This document shows, piece by piece, positions 22,483 through 31,868 of a DNA stretch of 64,000 bases (the first letter of the stretch is position 1; every line of letters starts with the position of its first letter). Both the position numbers and the translations under genes were made by a program. Source of the stretch: Ignavibacteria bacterium (GTDB lineage Bacteria > Bacteroidota > Ignavibacteria > Ignavibacteriales > SURF-24); contig JAAXKN010000001.1 of assembly GCA_025612375.1 (NCBI GenBank), positions 40,669-104,668 of the forward strand. Direction: 5' to 3'. A model generated the notes under the pieces. The model was not told the origin of the DNA and made no database searches. It saw only the letters and a program-made list of their open reading frames with translations.

Positions 22483-23289
22483 CTATTTGATGTCGTACGA
22501 AGTCAGGTTCTGCGAAACAGTTTTCGTGGTGTCGGCAAAATTGATTCCGCCCCCGCTGAGCGCCCCGAGAATTGTTCCGTTGCCCTGGAACCTGACAACC
22601 CCTATATCCTTAACAAACCAGGCATCGGCATTGAAAGTCCTTTTTGAAGGATTAAGCGGATTATTAAGGTCAGGGATTGTAAGTATAAAATCGTACCTGA
22701 TCTTCTCGGCATCGAGTGTCTTCTGCCCGGTGGAAAGGTTAAGCGTCAGGCTCTCACTCCCCTGGTAATTTGCCGTAAGGTCGATTATGTTTAGCGTTAT
22801 TAGCGATCCGTATTTGACATTCATCCTGAAAGCTGACCACGGAAGGCTCTTATCGAGCGGATAGTTAAAAGCGCGGAGCTCGTTATCGATTTGCAGTGTA
22901 AGCTGCGACTTTATGGAGTCGGGGAAGAATTTACTAAGACCTGTCGTATCGATATAAAAGTACACTCCGACGTCAGAACGCCTGAAGTACATTGTGCTTT
23001 TGACAGAATCCGGGCCTATTTTGACAGAGCTTACCTGTGAAATATACTCTGTTCCATTAATTGTCTTCGTGCCCGTAAAAACGGAAGTCCTGGTGCTTAA
23101 TGCCCCGCCTGCCCCTGTAGTATCGACGCTGTATACGAATCTGGAGCCCACGCCTCCCGGGTAGTAGTTTTTGGCAGTTGTCACGCCCTCGGGAGCCGTA
23201 GGTTCAGTAGAACTTTTCTTGCACGAATAAAAAAGAAAGCCTGTTGCAAAAACCAAAAGGACCAGATACCTAAGTTTCATATTTTCCAT
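22483..23289 (-). CDS. lipoprotein, function unknown
   Basis: Lipobox ..FLFYSC. An alternative ATG lies at 23280. Confidence 0.5.
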   Translation of the reverse strand: MENMKLRYLVLLVFATGFLFYSCKKSSTEPTAPEGVTTAKNYYPGGVGSRFVYSVDTTGAGGALSTRTSVFTGTKTINGTEYISQVSSVKIGPDSVKSTMYFRRSDVGVYFYIDTTGLSKFFPDSIKSQLTLQIDNELRAFNYPLDKSLPWSAFRMNVKYGSLITLNIIDLTANYQGSESLTLNLSTGQKTLDAEKIRYDFILTIPDLNNPLNPSKRTFNADAWFVKDIGVVRFQGNGTILGALSGGGINFADTTKTVSQNLTSYDIK

Positions 23290-23866
23290 CCCTTCTCATT
23301 ATATCTTTCAGTAAATTAAACGCCTTTGCACGGTGACTTATTTTATTTTTCTCATCAAGACTTATTTCCGCCATAGTTTTGTCGTATCCTTCGGGCAGGA
23401 ACAACGGGTCGTAGCCGAAGCCATGCTCCCCTCTGGGTTCACCTATAATTCTGCCGGGGATTTCGCCGAAAGCCTTTAGATATGTGCATCCGTCGTAAAA
23501 GACAGCGCAGCAGATGAAGCTTGCCGGGTGGGGTTCGGGCAAATTTAGGAGCTCCCGGAGGAGCTTTTTATTATTGTCAAAGTCGGTGGCATTTTCTCCT
23601 GCATAGCGTGCGGAATAGACCCCCGGGGCGCCATGGAGTTGATCGACCGAGAGGCCGGAATCGTCAGCAAAAACGGGCTTTCTGAAAAGGTCGTAGATTG
23701 TAACGGCTTTAATTCTTGCATTTTCCTCGAATGTCAGGCCGTCTTCAACAATTTCAGGAATCACGGTTAACTCTTTTAATGATATAACCTTATGACTTGT
23801 GTCCTGAAAGATTGCTTTAACTTCCTTTAGTTTGCCTTTATTGCCTGTCGCGAAAATTATTTCCAT
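23270..23866 (-). CDS. rdgB: dITP/XTP pyrophosphatase (Ham1/RdgB family)
   Basis: From the ATG at 23866 the protein reads MEIIFATGNKGKLKE.., then FADDSGL and GFGYDPLF. The upstream 25 codons of the maximal ORF look non-coding. Confidence 0.88.
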   Translation of the reverse strand: MEIIFATGNKGKLKEVKAIFQDTSHKVISLKELTVIPEIVEDGLTFEENARIKAVTIYDLFRKPVFADDSGLSVDQLHGAPGVYSARYAGENATDFDNNKKLLRELLNLPEPHPASFICCAVFYDGCTYLKAFGEIPGRIIGEPRGEHGFGYDPLFLPEGYDKTMAEISLDEKNKISHRAKAFNLLKDIMRRDGKYET

Positions 23867-23997
23867 AGTGCATTCTGTATTGGTGAAAAATAGAAGAACA
23901 ATTAAATGAAACTGCTTAAAAGAAAAATGCCGTTCATACAATAAATATTATACAAACGGCACAACTACTTAAATGTTAAAATTTTGCTCGTTCAGGG

Positions 23998-24363
23998 TTA
24001 TTTGGATTCTTCCTTCGGCTCAACTGCGAGGAGTTCATCCAGGATTTCCATGGCGTATCTGAGGTGAGGGATGACGATAGAGCCTCCGATGATAAGTCCT
24101 ATATTAAAGGCCTCATAGATCTCCTGGCGTGTGGCGCCTTCTGAGACGCAGCGGTCGACGTGGTAGAAAATGCAGTCGTTGCATCTTAAGACCATTGAGC
24201 CGACGAGGCCCATAAGTTCCTTCATTTTAGCCGGCAGTGCGCCGTCTATGTAGGCTTTATTATCGAGAGCGAAGAATTTATTAAAGTCCCTGAAGCCCGA
24301 GTTCAGGATTTTCTCATTCATATCGGTGCGGTACTTGCGGGTTTCCGAGATAGATTTTTTCAT
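23998..24363 (-). CDS. carboxymuconolactone decarboxylase (AhpD-like) family protein
   Basis: The ATG at 24363 gives MKKSISETRKY.. followed by the CMD-type RCNDCIFYH motif. Confidence 0.7.
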   Translation of the reverse strand: MKKSISETRKYRTDMNEKILNSGFRDFNKFFALDNKAYIDGALPAKMKELMGLVGSMVLRCNDCIFYHVDRCVSEGATRQEIYEAFNIGLIIGGSIVIPHLRYAMEILDELLAVEPKEESK

Positions 24364-24560
24364 AATTAACCTTCGTAATTTTAATAATTTATGACTGAAA
24401 AATATGTAAGGAGGAAGTAAGATCAAAATTCATAAAATGTACTTTTTGAGAGGTCGATAAAAAATCCACAAAAAGGGGTAAGAAAGGGAAAAAAATATTT
24501 TATTATTTGGCAAGTTATGCTTATATTAGTAATTCAAAATGATGAAATTCAGCTACACAC

Positions 24561-24650
24561 GGAGAGATGGGTGAGTGGCTGAAACCAACGGTTTGCTAAA
24601 CCGTCGTAGGGGGTAAACCTCTACCCCGGGTTCGAATCCCGGTCTCTCCG
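24561..24650 (+). tRNA. tRNA-Ser (anticodon GCT)
   Basis: Hand-folded. Acceptor GGAGAGA/TCTCTCC with G73. Anticodon stem ACGGT/ACCGT with loop TTGCTAA. Long variable arm GTAGGGG..CCTCTAC. T arm CCGGG-TTCGAAT-CCCGG. Confidence 0.92.
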
Positions 24651-24663
24651 CATAATGATAAAA

Positions 24664-24695
24664 GGCTCAAAATGGTGTGATTTTGAGCCTTTTTC
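24664..24695 (+). terminator. intrinsic terminator after tRNA-Ser
   Basis: Stem ggctcaaaa 24664-24672 / ttttgagcc 24681-24689, then a T-run. Confidence 0.7.
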
Positions 24696-24833
24696 GTATC
24701 TTCCCTGCTCTGAAAACTACCCAAAACTACTATGTACTACTCACGATATGCCACTTTTTTGCCAAATCTTTGCCAAATCAGTTAACGATAAAATCTTTTT
24801 CTTGGCTTAATGCTTTTGAATGAGAAAAGACTT

Positions 24834-24900
24834 TCATAGAAAGGTTGAGCCGAATTACTTATTGAATTCTCATAGAAATCTACTGTAATAGCTCATAGAA
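24834..24900 (+). promoter_or_regulatory. three direct TCATAGAAA repeats between attL and the integrase gene (candidate arm-type sites)
   Basis: Exact copies at 24834, 24870 and 24893. See the findings for the other copies. Confidence 0.5.
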
Positions 24901-24920
24901 AAGAATGAGGAAGCTGATTC

Positions 24921-26000
24921 TTAAAAATAAATTGAAGGTAATTTTTGAATCTCATAATGCATGTGGTCTGGCCTGTTGTGAGCATAAATTTCTGTTTCTG
25001 TGATGCTTGAATGTCCTAATAGTTCTTTAATTGATTCAATTGGAGCATTATTCTGGATCAAATGAGTTGCAAACGTATGACGGAATTTGTGCAAGAACGC
25101 TCTAGATTTTATTCCAGCATCCCTAGCAACTCTTTTACAAATTTCCAAAGCTCTCCTTTCCCTCATCTTACATCCATCCGAAGAGCAAAACGGATATATT
25201 TCAGAAATCTTATTCTCATTCAATGATTTTAATAAATTTAGTAATTCGTCATTTATTGGAATTGCTCTTTCAGAATTATAGGTTTTTGTCTTAAAACCAT
25301 CTTTGGGTCTGACATATATTAATCTTCTTTGGAAGTCAATATCATTCCAAGTCAAATTAGCTAACTCACCAAACCGCATCCCTGTCAAGAATAAGCATAG
25401 GAAAGCATTTTTATATGCTGGCGGCATTGACTGCGAAAAGAATCTTTTTAACTCTTCAAGAGTATAATACTCAGGTTTCTTTGCCTCATTCTTAAGATTT
25501 TTCAAATGCTGTACCGGGCTTTTTGGAATATGGTCTTTAGATACTTCATCTTTGAAAAATGCCTTAATCGTCTGAATATGGAAATTAACTGTTTTGGGTT
25601 GAGGTTTTATTATTTTATCCGTATTTCCTTTGGGATCTATTTTTTCCCTGATCAACTCTTGATAGAACAAAGTACCATGATCCGGTGTAAATTCATCTAA
25701 GAAAAGAATATTACACGCTTCAATGAAGTATTGAAACTGCTTAATGGCAAAACGATATTTCTTTACTGAAGTCGGCCTTAAGTTTTGTTTAGAAATCTCA
25801 AAATCACTTAATGCTTTCTCAAATGAATATCTTGCTTTTCGAAGGCTTAACCCTGCTAGTTTTTTTTCGTATTTTATTTTTGTTACTTTTGCTTTTAATG
25901 CTTCTGCATCAGCTCTCTTTTCAAAAGTTCGGCGAATTCTCTTCCCGAATTCATCCGTAATATAGAGGTAATATTTTCCATCAGTTCTCTTTTTAATCAA
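24921..26000 (-). CDS. tyrosine-type site-specific integrase
   Basis: 359 aa with TGMRFGELANL (Arg), HKFRHTFATHL (HxxR) and LGHSSITETEIYAH (His..Tyr). TTG start with an AAGGAG RBS, 2 nt after the upstream HTH gene. Confidence 0.9.
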   Translation of the reverse strand: MIKKRTDGKYYLYITDEFGKRIRRTFEKRADAEALKAKVTKIKYEKKLAGLSLRKARYSFEKALSDFEISKQNLRPTSVKKYRFAIKQFQYFIEACNILFLDEFTPDHGTLFYQELIREKIDPKGNTDKIIKPQPKTVNFHIQTIKAFFKDEVSKDHIPKSPVQHLKNLKNEAKKPEYYTLEELKRFFSQSMPPAYKNAFLCLFLTGMRFGELANLTWNDIDFQRRLIYVRPKDGFKTKTYNSERAIPINDELLNLLKSLNENKISEIYPFCSSDGCKMRERRALEICKRVARDAGIKSRAFLHKFRHTFATHLIQNNAPIESIKELLGHSSITETEIYAHNRPDHMHYEIQKLPSIYF

Positions 26001-26002
26001 TT

Positions 26003-26368
26003 TTATACTCCTTTTGTGATGATTCTGGCTAATTCTAAAATGGAGATCATTTTCTTATCGCCATAGTTGATTGATGATATTTTGTTATGTCGAACTTGCC
26101 GCCTGACAAATTCATAACTCAAGTTCAATATTTCCGCACAGTCTTTAATTGTAAAATTAAATTTTCCATTATGCTCTTTTAACAATAAAGATAAAGCTGA
26201 ATCCGTATTGGTCTTTTGATCAATTGGAGTGTCAGAATATTGTTGCATTTTGCTTTGAACTGGTTCCCTGTTCATTACTCCCTTCGGAGTTGAAAGGTTC
26301 TTAAAATCAATGATCTGTCCCATTTTGCATCCCATAAAAATGTTATTCCTACTTACATATACCGACAT
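26003..26368 (-). CDS. excisionase/MerR-like HTH DNA-binding protein
   Basis: The C-terminal FTIKDCAEILNLSYEFVRRQVRHNKISSINYGDKKMISILEL matches the HTH_17 (excisionase) pattern. The start is uncertain, with internal ATGs at 26335 and 26323. Confidence 0.6.
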   Translation of the reverse strand: MSVYVSRNNIFMGCKMGQIIDFKNLSTPKGVMNREPVQSKMQQYSDTPIDQKTNTDSALSLLLKEHNGKFNFTIKDCAEILNLSYEFVRRQVRHNKISSINYGDKKMISILELARIITKGV

Positions 26369-26472
26369 GAATTCCGATTTGGATACTATTTTTTGAAGAT
26401 TTTAAATATTTTTATGAGAAGCTAAAAAGGGCTTTTTTCTATGTTATGTAAAAAGGATTATAGAACTCAGAA

Positions 26473-27402
26473 CTAATTCATAGCAATATTTTCAAAACAG
26501 CTGAATACTTTATCCTTCTTATTCCTTAGGTCCAGCAAATCATCATATATAATTAGAGTATCCACTGACCTGTGCCTAGTAAACTTTCTTACTGTATTCA
26601 CATCCCCAAGCTGTTCTAAAAGTGCGGTACAATAATGATGCCTAAAACCATGAATTGTCCTGTCAATATCAAGTTCCCTAAAAAGACTTTTGACTTCCCT
26701 AAAAAGAGATGTGTGGCTAAGCTGTCCAGTACCTTTCCTATTGCTGAAGCTCGTAAACAGAAAGCCATTTTTAATATTTGCAAATTCAATATACTTGCCG
26801 ATTGCTTTCGCTGTGGCAGGATGAATAAATATATTTTCTTTATCTTGATACCCCTTGCCTTGAATCTGGATAACTCCTTGTCTTAAATCTATATCTTCGA
26901 TTGTTAATCTTAGAATTTCTATTTGACGTAAGCCTTGAAATATAAGCAACGCAAGCAATGCCTTTAGTCTATAGGTTTTCTTTGTAGCTGGCAAATCATT
27001 GAGCTTTCCAGTAATTCTTCGAATCTCTTCTTCTGTAAGGCCAAACTTCTTATGTTTTTTTAAATCTTTGAAACCTTTTACATTGGCAGTGTAGTCGATA
27101 GGAATTTTTCCTAACCTTGATAACTCTCTTAGAAATATTTTGCCCACTACAAAGAATTTATTCTTTGTGGATACTTTTAAATCAATTCTCTTTTCGAGCT
27201 CTCGTTTATAATCCAGCAGAGAATTCCTATGAAGTCCCTGACTTGAAATAAATTTAATAAAGCTTTCAATTCTATAAGAATAATCTTTCCGAGACGTACT
27301 TGAAATATCAATTGAACCAAATACATAGTTAGCTATTTGCTTCAGCTCAGGTATCTGTTCTCTTTGAATTATCTTATTATCGACTGGAAGTTGAGTATTC
27401 AT
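26473..27402 (-). CDS. second tyrosine recombinase (XerC/D-like)
   Basis: FQGLRQIEILRL (Arg), HGFRHHYCTALL (HxxR) and TRHRSVDTLIIYDD (His..Tyr). The ATG at 27402 follows a GAGGAA RBS. Confidence 0.85.
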   Translation of the reverse strand: MNTQLPVDNKIIQREQIPELKQIANYVFGSIDISSTSRKDYSYRIESFIKFISSQGLHRNSLLDYKRELEKRIDLKVSTKNKFFVVGKIFLRELSRLGKIPIDYTANVKGFKDLKKHKKFGLTEEEIRRITGKLNDLPATKKTYRLKALLALLIFQGLRQIEILRLTIEDIDLRQGVIQIQGKGYQDKENIFIHPATAKAIGKYIEFANIKNGFLFTSFSNRKGTGQLSHTSLFREVKSLFRELDIDRTIHGFRHHYCTALLEQLGDVNTVRKFTRHRSVDTLIIYDDLLDLRNKKDKVFSCFENIAMN

Positions 27403-27428
27403 TTTATTCCTCAATAATTATTTTTGTT

Positions 27429-28091
27429 TTATTCAGTTAAAAGAAATTTATCATAAATATCATTTTTCGTAATACTGACAGAAATATCTTCCTCCCAAAG
27501 ATCAATGAAGTGACCGAAATATTTTTTATCAAATAGATTAGGGAACCAAAAAATGCATGACATGCAATCTTCGCTGTCATAAAATTTTGCGACGTCCGAG
27601 TTTACATTTAGATAATTAATAAACTCCAGATATTCATTTCGACTTGCCTTAGAATATTTAGTCGTTCTGAAATTACATTGGAATATGAGGCCAGCTGAAT
27701 ACTCACCAAGAAGGAAAGAACTTTTCTCTGGGTGTGTAATAAGAAATATCCCGGCCTTACTTTTGATGGAATAGCCCAAGAAACGCAGATATTCTATGAA
27801 AGGATCAATTCTGCCGCTTTCATTTTTGCCTTCCTTTCTGATTTTCCGCTTCTTATTAATTTCATTTTCAATGAAAGAGCCGAACATGAAGCCAACTCGG
27901 AACACATCAATTATCTTTTTGAACTTCAAAAAGAATATACTCGAATCGCTCGTTTGGAAGTCATCACTTACTGAATAGTCGATGTCGGGATATTTCTCTG
28001 GAAGGAGATTGTAAATGAAATTAACGAACAAATCTCTTTCTTTGACTTTGTTCTTATTATTTAGTTTAAGCTGAAATTCTAGATCTGTCAT
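27429..28091 (-). CDS. hypothetical protein, 220 aa
   Basis: ATG-initiated ORF ending 26 nt upstream of the second recombinase start, so probably co-transcribed. No motif recognised. Confidence 0.5.
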   Translation of the reverse strand: MTDLEFQLKLNNKNKVKERDLFVNFIYNLLPEKYPDIDYSVSDDFQTSDSSIFFLKFKKIIDVFRVGFMFGSFIENEINKKRKIRKEGKNESGRIDPFIEYLRFLGYSIKSKAGIFLITHPEKSSFLLGEYSAGLIFQCNFRTTKYSKASRNEYLEFINYLNVNSDVAKFYDSEDCMSCIFWFPNLFDKKYFGHFIDLWEEDISVSITKNDIYDKFLLTE

Positions 28092-28390
28092 ATTTGCTCC
28101 TTTATTTGGTTTCTATGACTATAATAAATAATTATTTCATAGAATCCCCGGAGCAACATTTTTTTTAAGAATTTCGAACGATTTGTGAAAATATTTTTTT
28201 AGCGATAAATTATTTCGATTACTTTGAAGACTGTTATTTGGAATTGCATAAATTATTCTCTTATATCGTATATTATTGATATACTGGTTAAATAACCACC
28301 CATCTTCTTATTTTAACCACATTTATCTTAAATTATAGTTGATTTTTATTGGTATTAATAATTAAATGAACCCATATTAGAAAATGTGCT

Positions 28391-29479
28391 TTACTTTAAT
28401 ATTTTGCCTCTTATCAGCATAAAATCCTTTAATCCCATTTTTAATTCATCCCGATATATTCTTCTATAAGTTTTCAAATACTTTGCCCTTTTATAACTGG
28501 GATTTGAATTAGTTATCCTTAAAAGATTATTAATAGTCCCCATATTTTGTCTATAGATATTTAGCACCTTTTCTCGTCTTTCTTCTTTATTTCTTTCATT
28601 AACCGTTTTAATTTCGTCCGTTTCCTCATACAGGTTCTCGAAGTTTCTTAATCTCATAAATTCTCTCAATTGCTTTGATATTGGATTTGCGTCGGAGTTG
28701 AGAACATCTTTAAGAGTAATCACTGATTTCTGAATATTAAGATACTTACGAATATGCTTGAATTTATTTAAACTGATCTCTATTCTTAGAATATTTTTGA
28801 ATTGTTCTTTATGCTTTTTGGAAAGAAAGCTATATTTATTTTCCTCTGACATAATCTCATTGTATTTATCATAGAACAGAATTCTTCTCCTATTATTCTT
28901 TTTCGTTCTTGTACAAAGTGTCAGGCCAGATAATTTATTGCTTTCTTTTCCCGGATATGCATGAATTTTATTTCTATGATTGGCAATAGCCAGTCTATAT
29001 AGGCTTTTAATATATTTGTGAATCTCAGCATTCATTCTCAAATTGCAAGTAACATGACAAGAAATCACTTGGGCTTCTTCAAGGAAATCCTCTTGACTTA
29101 TTCTTATTATGCCTGTCTTGTTTATCTTTTCTATGACTTTATGGAAATTATTTTTATTTATCATTTCCATGTAATCTTCCCCAAGAATCTTTGATGATAT
29201 TTTCATAGTCACATTATTTTTCAATTTATTTTTCGGTTCATTTCCTTGTAATCCTTTTTTATATACTATTTTCATATAATTTAGCCCCGGATAAGGATTT
29301 GAAGAATTCTCCCCGTAATATTCTTCCCATTCTTCTATTTCCCCCAGTTTATTTCTTGTTTTCCTTTTTTTGAAAACTGAGCTATTATAGTCTTCAATTA
29401 AGAGTGAATTGTATTTTAGCTTGAGCATATCACACCTTAGAAATTTTCTTTGCATAATTAGATTCCTGATTTTTTCCAA
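28391..29479 (-). CDS. putative rolling-circle-type replication initiator (Rep_trans / gene II-like)
   Basis: 362 aa. ILFYDKYNEI ... ILRIEISLNK resembles the YDK and RxElxl motifs of Rep_trans/Phage_CRI families. The N-terminal DMLKLKY resembles their IDxLKL start. An alternative ATG lies at 29455. Confidence 0.4.
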   Translation of the reverse strand: MEKIRNLIMQRKFLRCDMLKLKYNSLLIEDYNSSVFKKRKTRNKLGEIEEWEEYYGENSSNPYPGLNYMKIVYKKGLQGNEPKNKLKNNVTMKISSKILGEDYMEMINKNNFHKVIEKINKTGIIRISQEDFLEEAQVISCHVTCNLRMNAEIHKYIKSLYRLAIANHRNKIHAYPGKESNKLSGLTLCTRTKKNNRRRILFYDKYNEIMSEENKYSFLSKKHKEQFKNILRIEISLNKFKHIRKYLNIQKSVITLKDVLNSDANPISKQLREFMRLRNFENLYEETDEIKTVNERNKEERREKVLNIYRQNMGTINNLLRITNSNPSYKRAKYLKTYRRIYRDELKMGLKDFMLIRGKILK

Positions 29480-29860
29480 AAAGTTACATTGTTAAGGTAA
29501 TAGTGAGTTTTAACTTCATAGAAGTCATAGAATATATCATATTTCTACTTCCTAATAGTAAATACCGACTTAAATCTGGAAATGGATTCTTCTTAAATAT
29601 ATTTTTTTATAGAATGATTTATTACTTGAGATAGGATTTGGGATATTGCCTTTATTCGGCATTTTAGCATAGATTGGGTGGGAAAGTTGGCTTGACTGAA
29701 GAAAGTGTCTTGAAGAGGCTCCAATGAAGAAATATGGAGCCTCTATGTGTTACACTGAAAGGAACATTTAGTGAGTATTTCGACCATTATTTTATTGAAT
29801 CCATAGAACCTAAATTCCATTTTTCAGGATTCTTTCTATGATAGTTGTTTTCTATAGATT

Positions 29861-30571
29861 TTATCCTTCGACACCTTCAGCATGAATTTCATAATCATCT
29901 AACATGCTTATAAAAATATCTGTATCTCTTCTGAATATTGCTCTATAGATTTCATTTGTTACAAATCGGAAGTTTATTTTTTCTATTTTATCTTTAGTTA
30001 AGGTGTAGGTTGCTATGATTAATTTTTTCTTTCCCATATCATTTCCATAATTATCAGTTGTCGACCTGAATATCACGAAATACATTTTGATTTTCTGAAC
30101 TTGAGGAAATACATAATACAATTTTTCAGCGGACAAAAAGAATGTGGGCATAGTTTGAAATAAAGTTGCCGTTTCTGGTGAATTATAGAAAAGAATACCA
30201 TTGCCCAAAGTTCTCATATCATTTAACACCATAGTAACATGCAAAATACCGGATTCATCTATCAAGCCGCCATAAACTTTCGAGTCATTTGCATCTTTAC
30301 CAAGTAAGCGAATTACTTTTTTTGCTTCTTTAGTAATATCTTTTTTCAATGTTGTTTCGGCTGAGACTTTAGATTTGTTTGATAAATTCAATGATGTGTC
30401 TGATTGTCCGCTTGAACCTCCTATCTGTATTTCCGCTTTTTTGTGGGGCCATAAAAGAGTTATTATTTGCCAGATAAAAAAGAGCATTATAACAATTAAA
30501 ACAAGGTTATATACTTTAGAAAGATTTTTAAGGCGAGGAATAAAGCCAAGGAACTTTTTAAATACTCCCAT
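29861..30571 (-). CDS. N-terminally membrane-anchored protein, function unknown
   Basis: 236 aa with an AAGGAG RBS and a single TM helix (VYNLVLIVIMLFFIWQIITLLW) followed by a soluble domain. Confidence 0.55.
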   Translation of the reverse strand: MGVFKKFLGFIPRLKNLSKVYNLVLIVIMLFFIWQIITLLWPHKKAEIQIGGSSGQSDTSLNLSNKSKVSAETTLKKDITKEAKKVIRLLGKDANDSKVYGGLIDESGILHVTMVLNDMRTLGNGILFYNSPETATLFQTMPTFFLSAEKLYYVFPQVQKIKMYFVIFRSTTDNYGNDMGKKKLIIATYTLTKDKIEKINFRFVTNEIYRAIFRRDTDIFISMLDDYEIHAEGVEG

Positions 30572-30660
30572 TGTAAATTCTCCTTAAATATTTTGTTCGA
30601 TTTCTGAATAAGCTATATGATTTTATTTGAGCATGTTTTTAATTCATTTAACTTTATTTA

Positions 30661-30888
30661 TTATCCAAAAATTAGGAACACAAATATTAATAGAAATAAT
30701 ATTGCTATTGAACCAAGTACAAAAGTACAACCGATATTAAGGGTCTGTAGAAAACAACCTTCTTTGGCAACAACTTTAATTTTTTCAGTGCTTGGTCTGC
30801 CATCTAAATATTCTCCTCAGTGCTTACATTTTATGGCATTTACATTAATTTCTTCAGCGCAAATCGGACAGGTTTTATAAGGTTCCAA
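30661..30888 (-). pseudogene. zinc-ribbon plus C-terminal TM small protein interrupted by an in-frame TGA (30817-30819)
   Basis: A GGAGGAG RBS is followed by a TTG at 30888. The protein reads MEPYKTCPICAEEINVNAIKCKH-TGA-GEYLDGRPS..FVLGSIAILFLLIFVFLIFG-TAA. The TGA sits where the fourth Cys of the CxxC..CxxC ribbon is expected. Confidence 0.55.
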
Positions 30889-30976
30889 TTATTTCTCCTC
30901 CGCTGAAAAGTATTTTTTATATTTCTTATAAGAGGTCTTATTTCTCTTCAGTTAGAAACAATATGAATTTTAATCT

Positions 30977-31585
30977 CTAAACTTCTCTATTACAATATCT
31001 ACAAATTCTTGCCTTTGCTTTTATTGTCTCTGCGCAATACGGACATATTTTTGTATCCTCTCTATCATCAAGATTAGCCTCATTCATTGGATTAGCAAAT
31101 GCAAAAGCTTGTTTATGATAGTCAGCCACTTTCTTACTTTCCATTGCATCTACAATTGAATCCCTCACCGCTATAGGATTTACCACATCATAATAAATTG
31201 TACTTCCTTTTTTTGCCGCTGTCTGAATTTCAATATCTCCAAAATTGAATATTTTTCCTATAAATGGTTGTCTGTAAGTAATATTATTGATTTTTTCCAA
31301 CGGGCTTTCTTTTGAATAAAAAGAAAACACACCATATTCTTCTATTACTCTCTGGTTTGTAACAACCCACATATAATATTTCCAAGAATAGAATTTATAG
31401 ATTCCGTAAATAATTGTTCCCGAACATAGAATTATATAAAACAAACCACCATTGCTTTTTCCAAATAATAAAGAGATAGAGATTATAAGTATAATGGAAG
31501 CTATTATAAAAGGAAGGATTAATACTTTCCAATGCTTTTGGGTTGTAAATATTATTTCCTCATTTTCTTTTAATTCAGTTCTCAT
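30977..31585 (-). CDS. membrane bPH_2 (DUF304/YdbT-like) domain protein with C-terminal zinc ribbon
   Basis: ATG at 31585. Two TM helices are followed by a PH-like domain (YRQPFIGKIFNFGDIEIQTA) and a C-terminal CPYCAETIKAKARICRYC. Confidence 0.6.
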   Translation of the reverse strand: MRTELKENEEIIFTTQKHWKVLILPFIIASIILIISISLLFGKSNGGLFYIILCSGTIIYGIYKFYSWKYYMWVVTNQRVIEEYGVFSFYSKESPLEKINNITYRQPFIGKIFNFGDIEIQTAAKKGSTIYYDVVNPIAVRDSIVDAMESKKVADYHKQAFAFANPMNEANLDDREDTKICPYCAETIKAKARICRYCNREV

Positions 31586-31868
31586 AATACGCCTCAAAGG
31601 TTTGTTGATGTAAATTATTAATGTAACCAGTATTTTTCAATCTGAAGTAGGAGTTCATATTTTATAGACACTTAGAAATATTTCTTGATTTCTTTACATT
31701 ATTAGTTCAGATATTTGGAAATGCTAAACAGCACATTTGTCATAGGTAGTCGATGATTTGAACTGAATTATTCGAGGTCAGTAATGTTTGATAGTCAAAG
31801 AAGAAAAAATATTTTCATTTTTCATTGCGCTATCTTCATATCAATTAAATGAATTCCATATAATAGTT

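Noticed and set aside
30817-30819. Selenocysteine reading of the in-frame TGA (CKH-U)
   Set aside because: I could not find a convincing SECIS-like hairpin in the roughly 60 nt downstream. TGA is used as an ordinary stop elsewhere in the window, for example at the end of the Crp/Fnr gene. No sel genes are in view. A nonsense mutation is more parsimonious. The alternative is kept as a testable option in the findings.
30617-30880. 87-aa plus-strand ORF in island 1
   Set aside because: It is antisense to the minus-strand zinc-ribbon/TM gene, which has a strong RBS and a recognisable CxxC..CxxC ribbon and TM helix. The plus-strand ORF has no RBS or motif.
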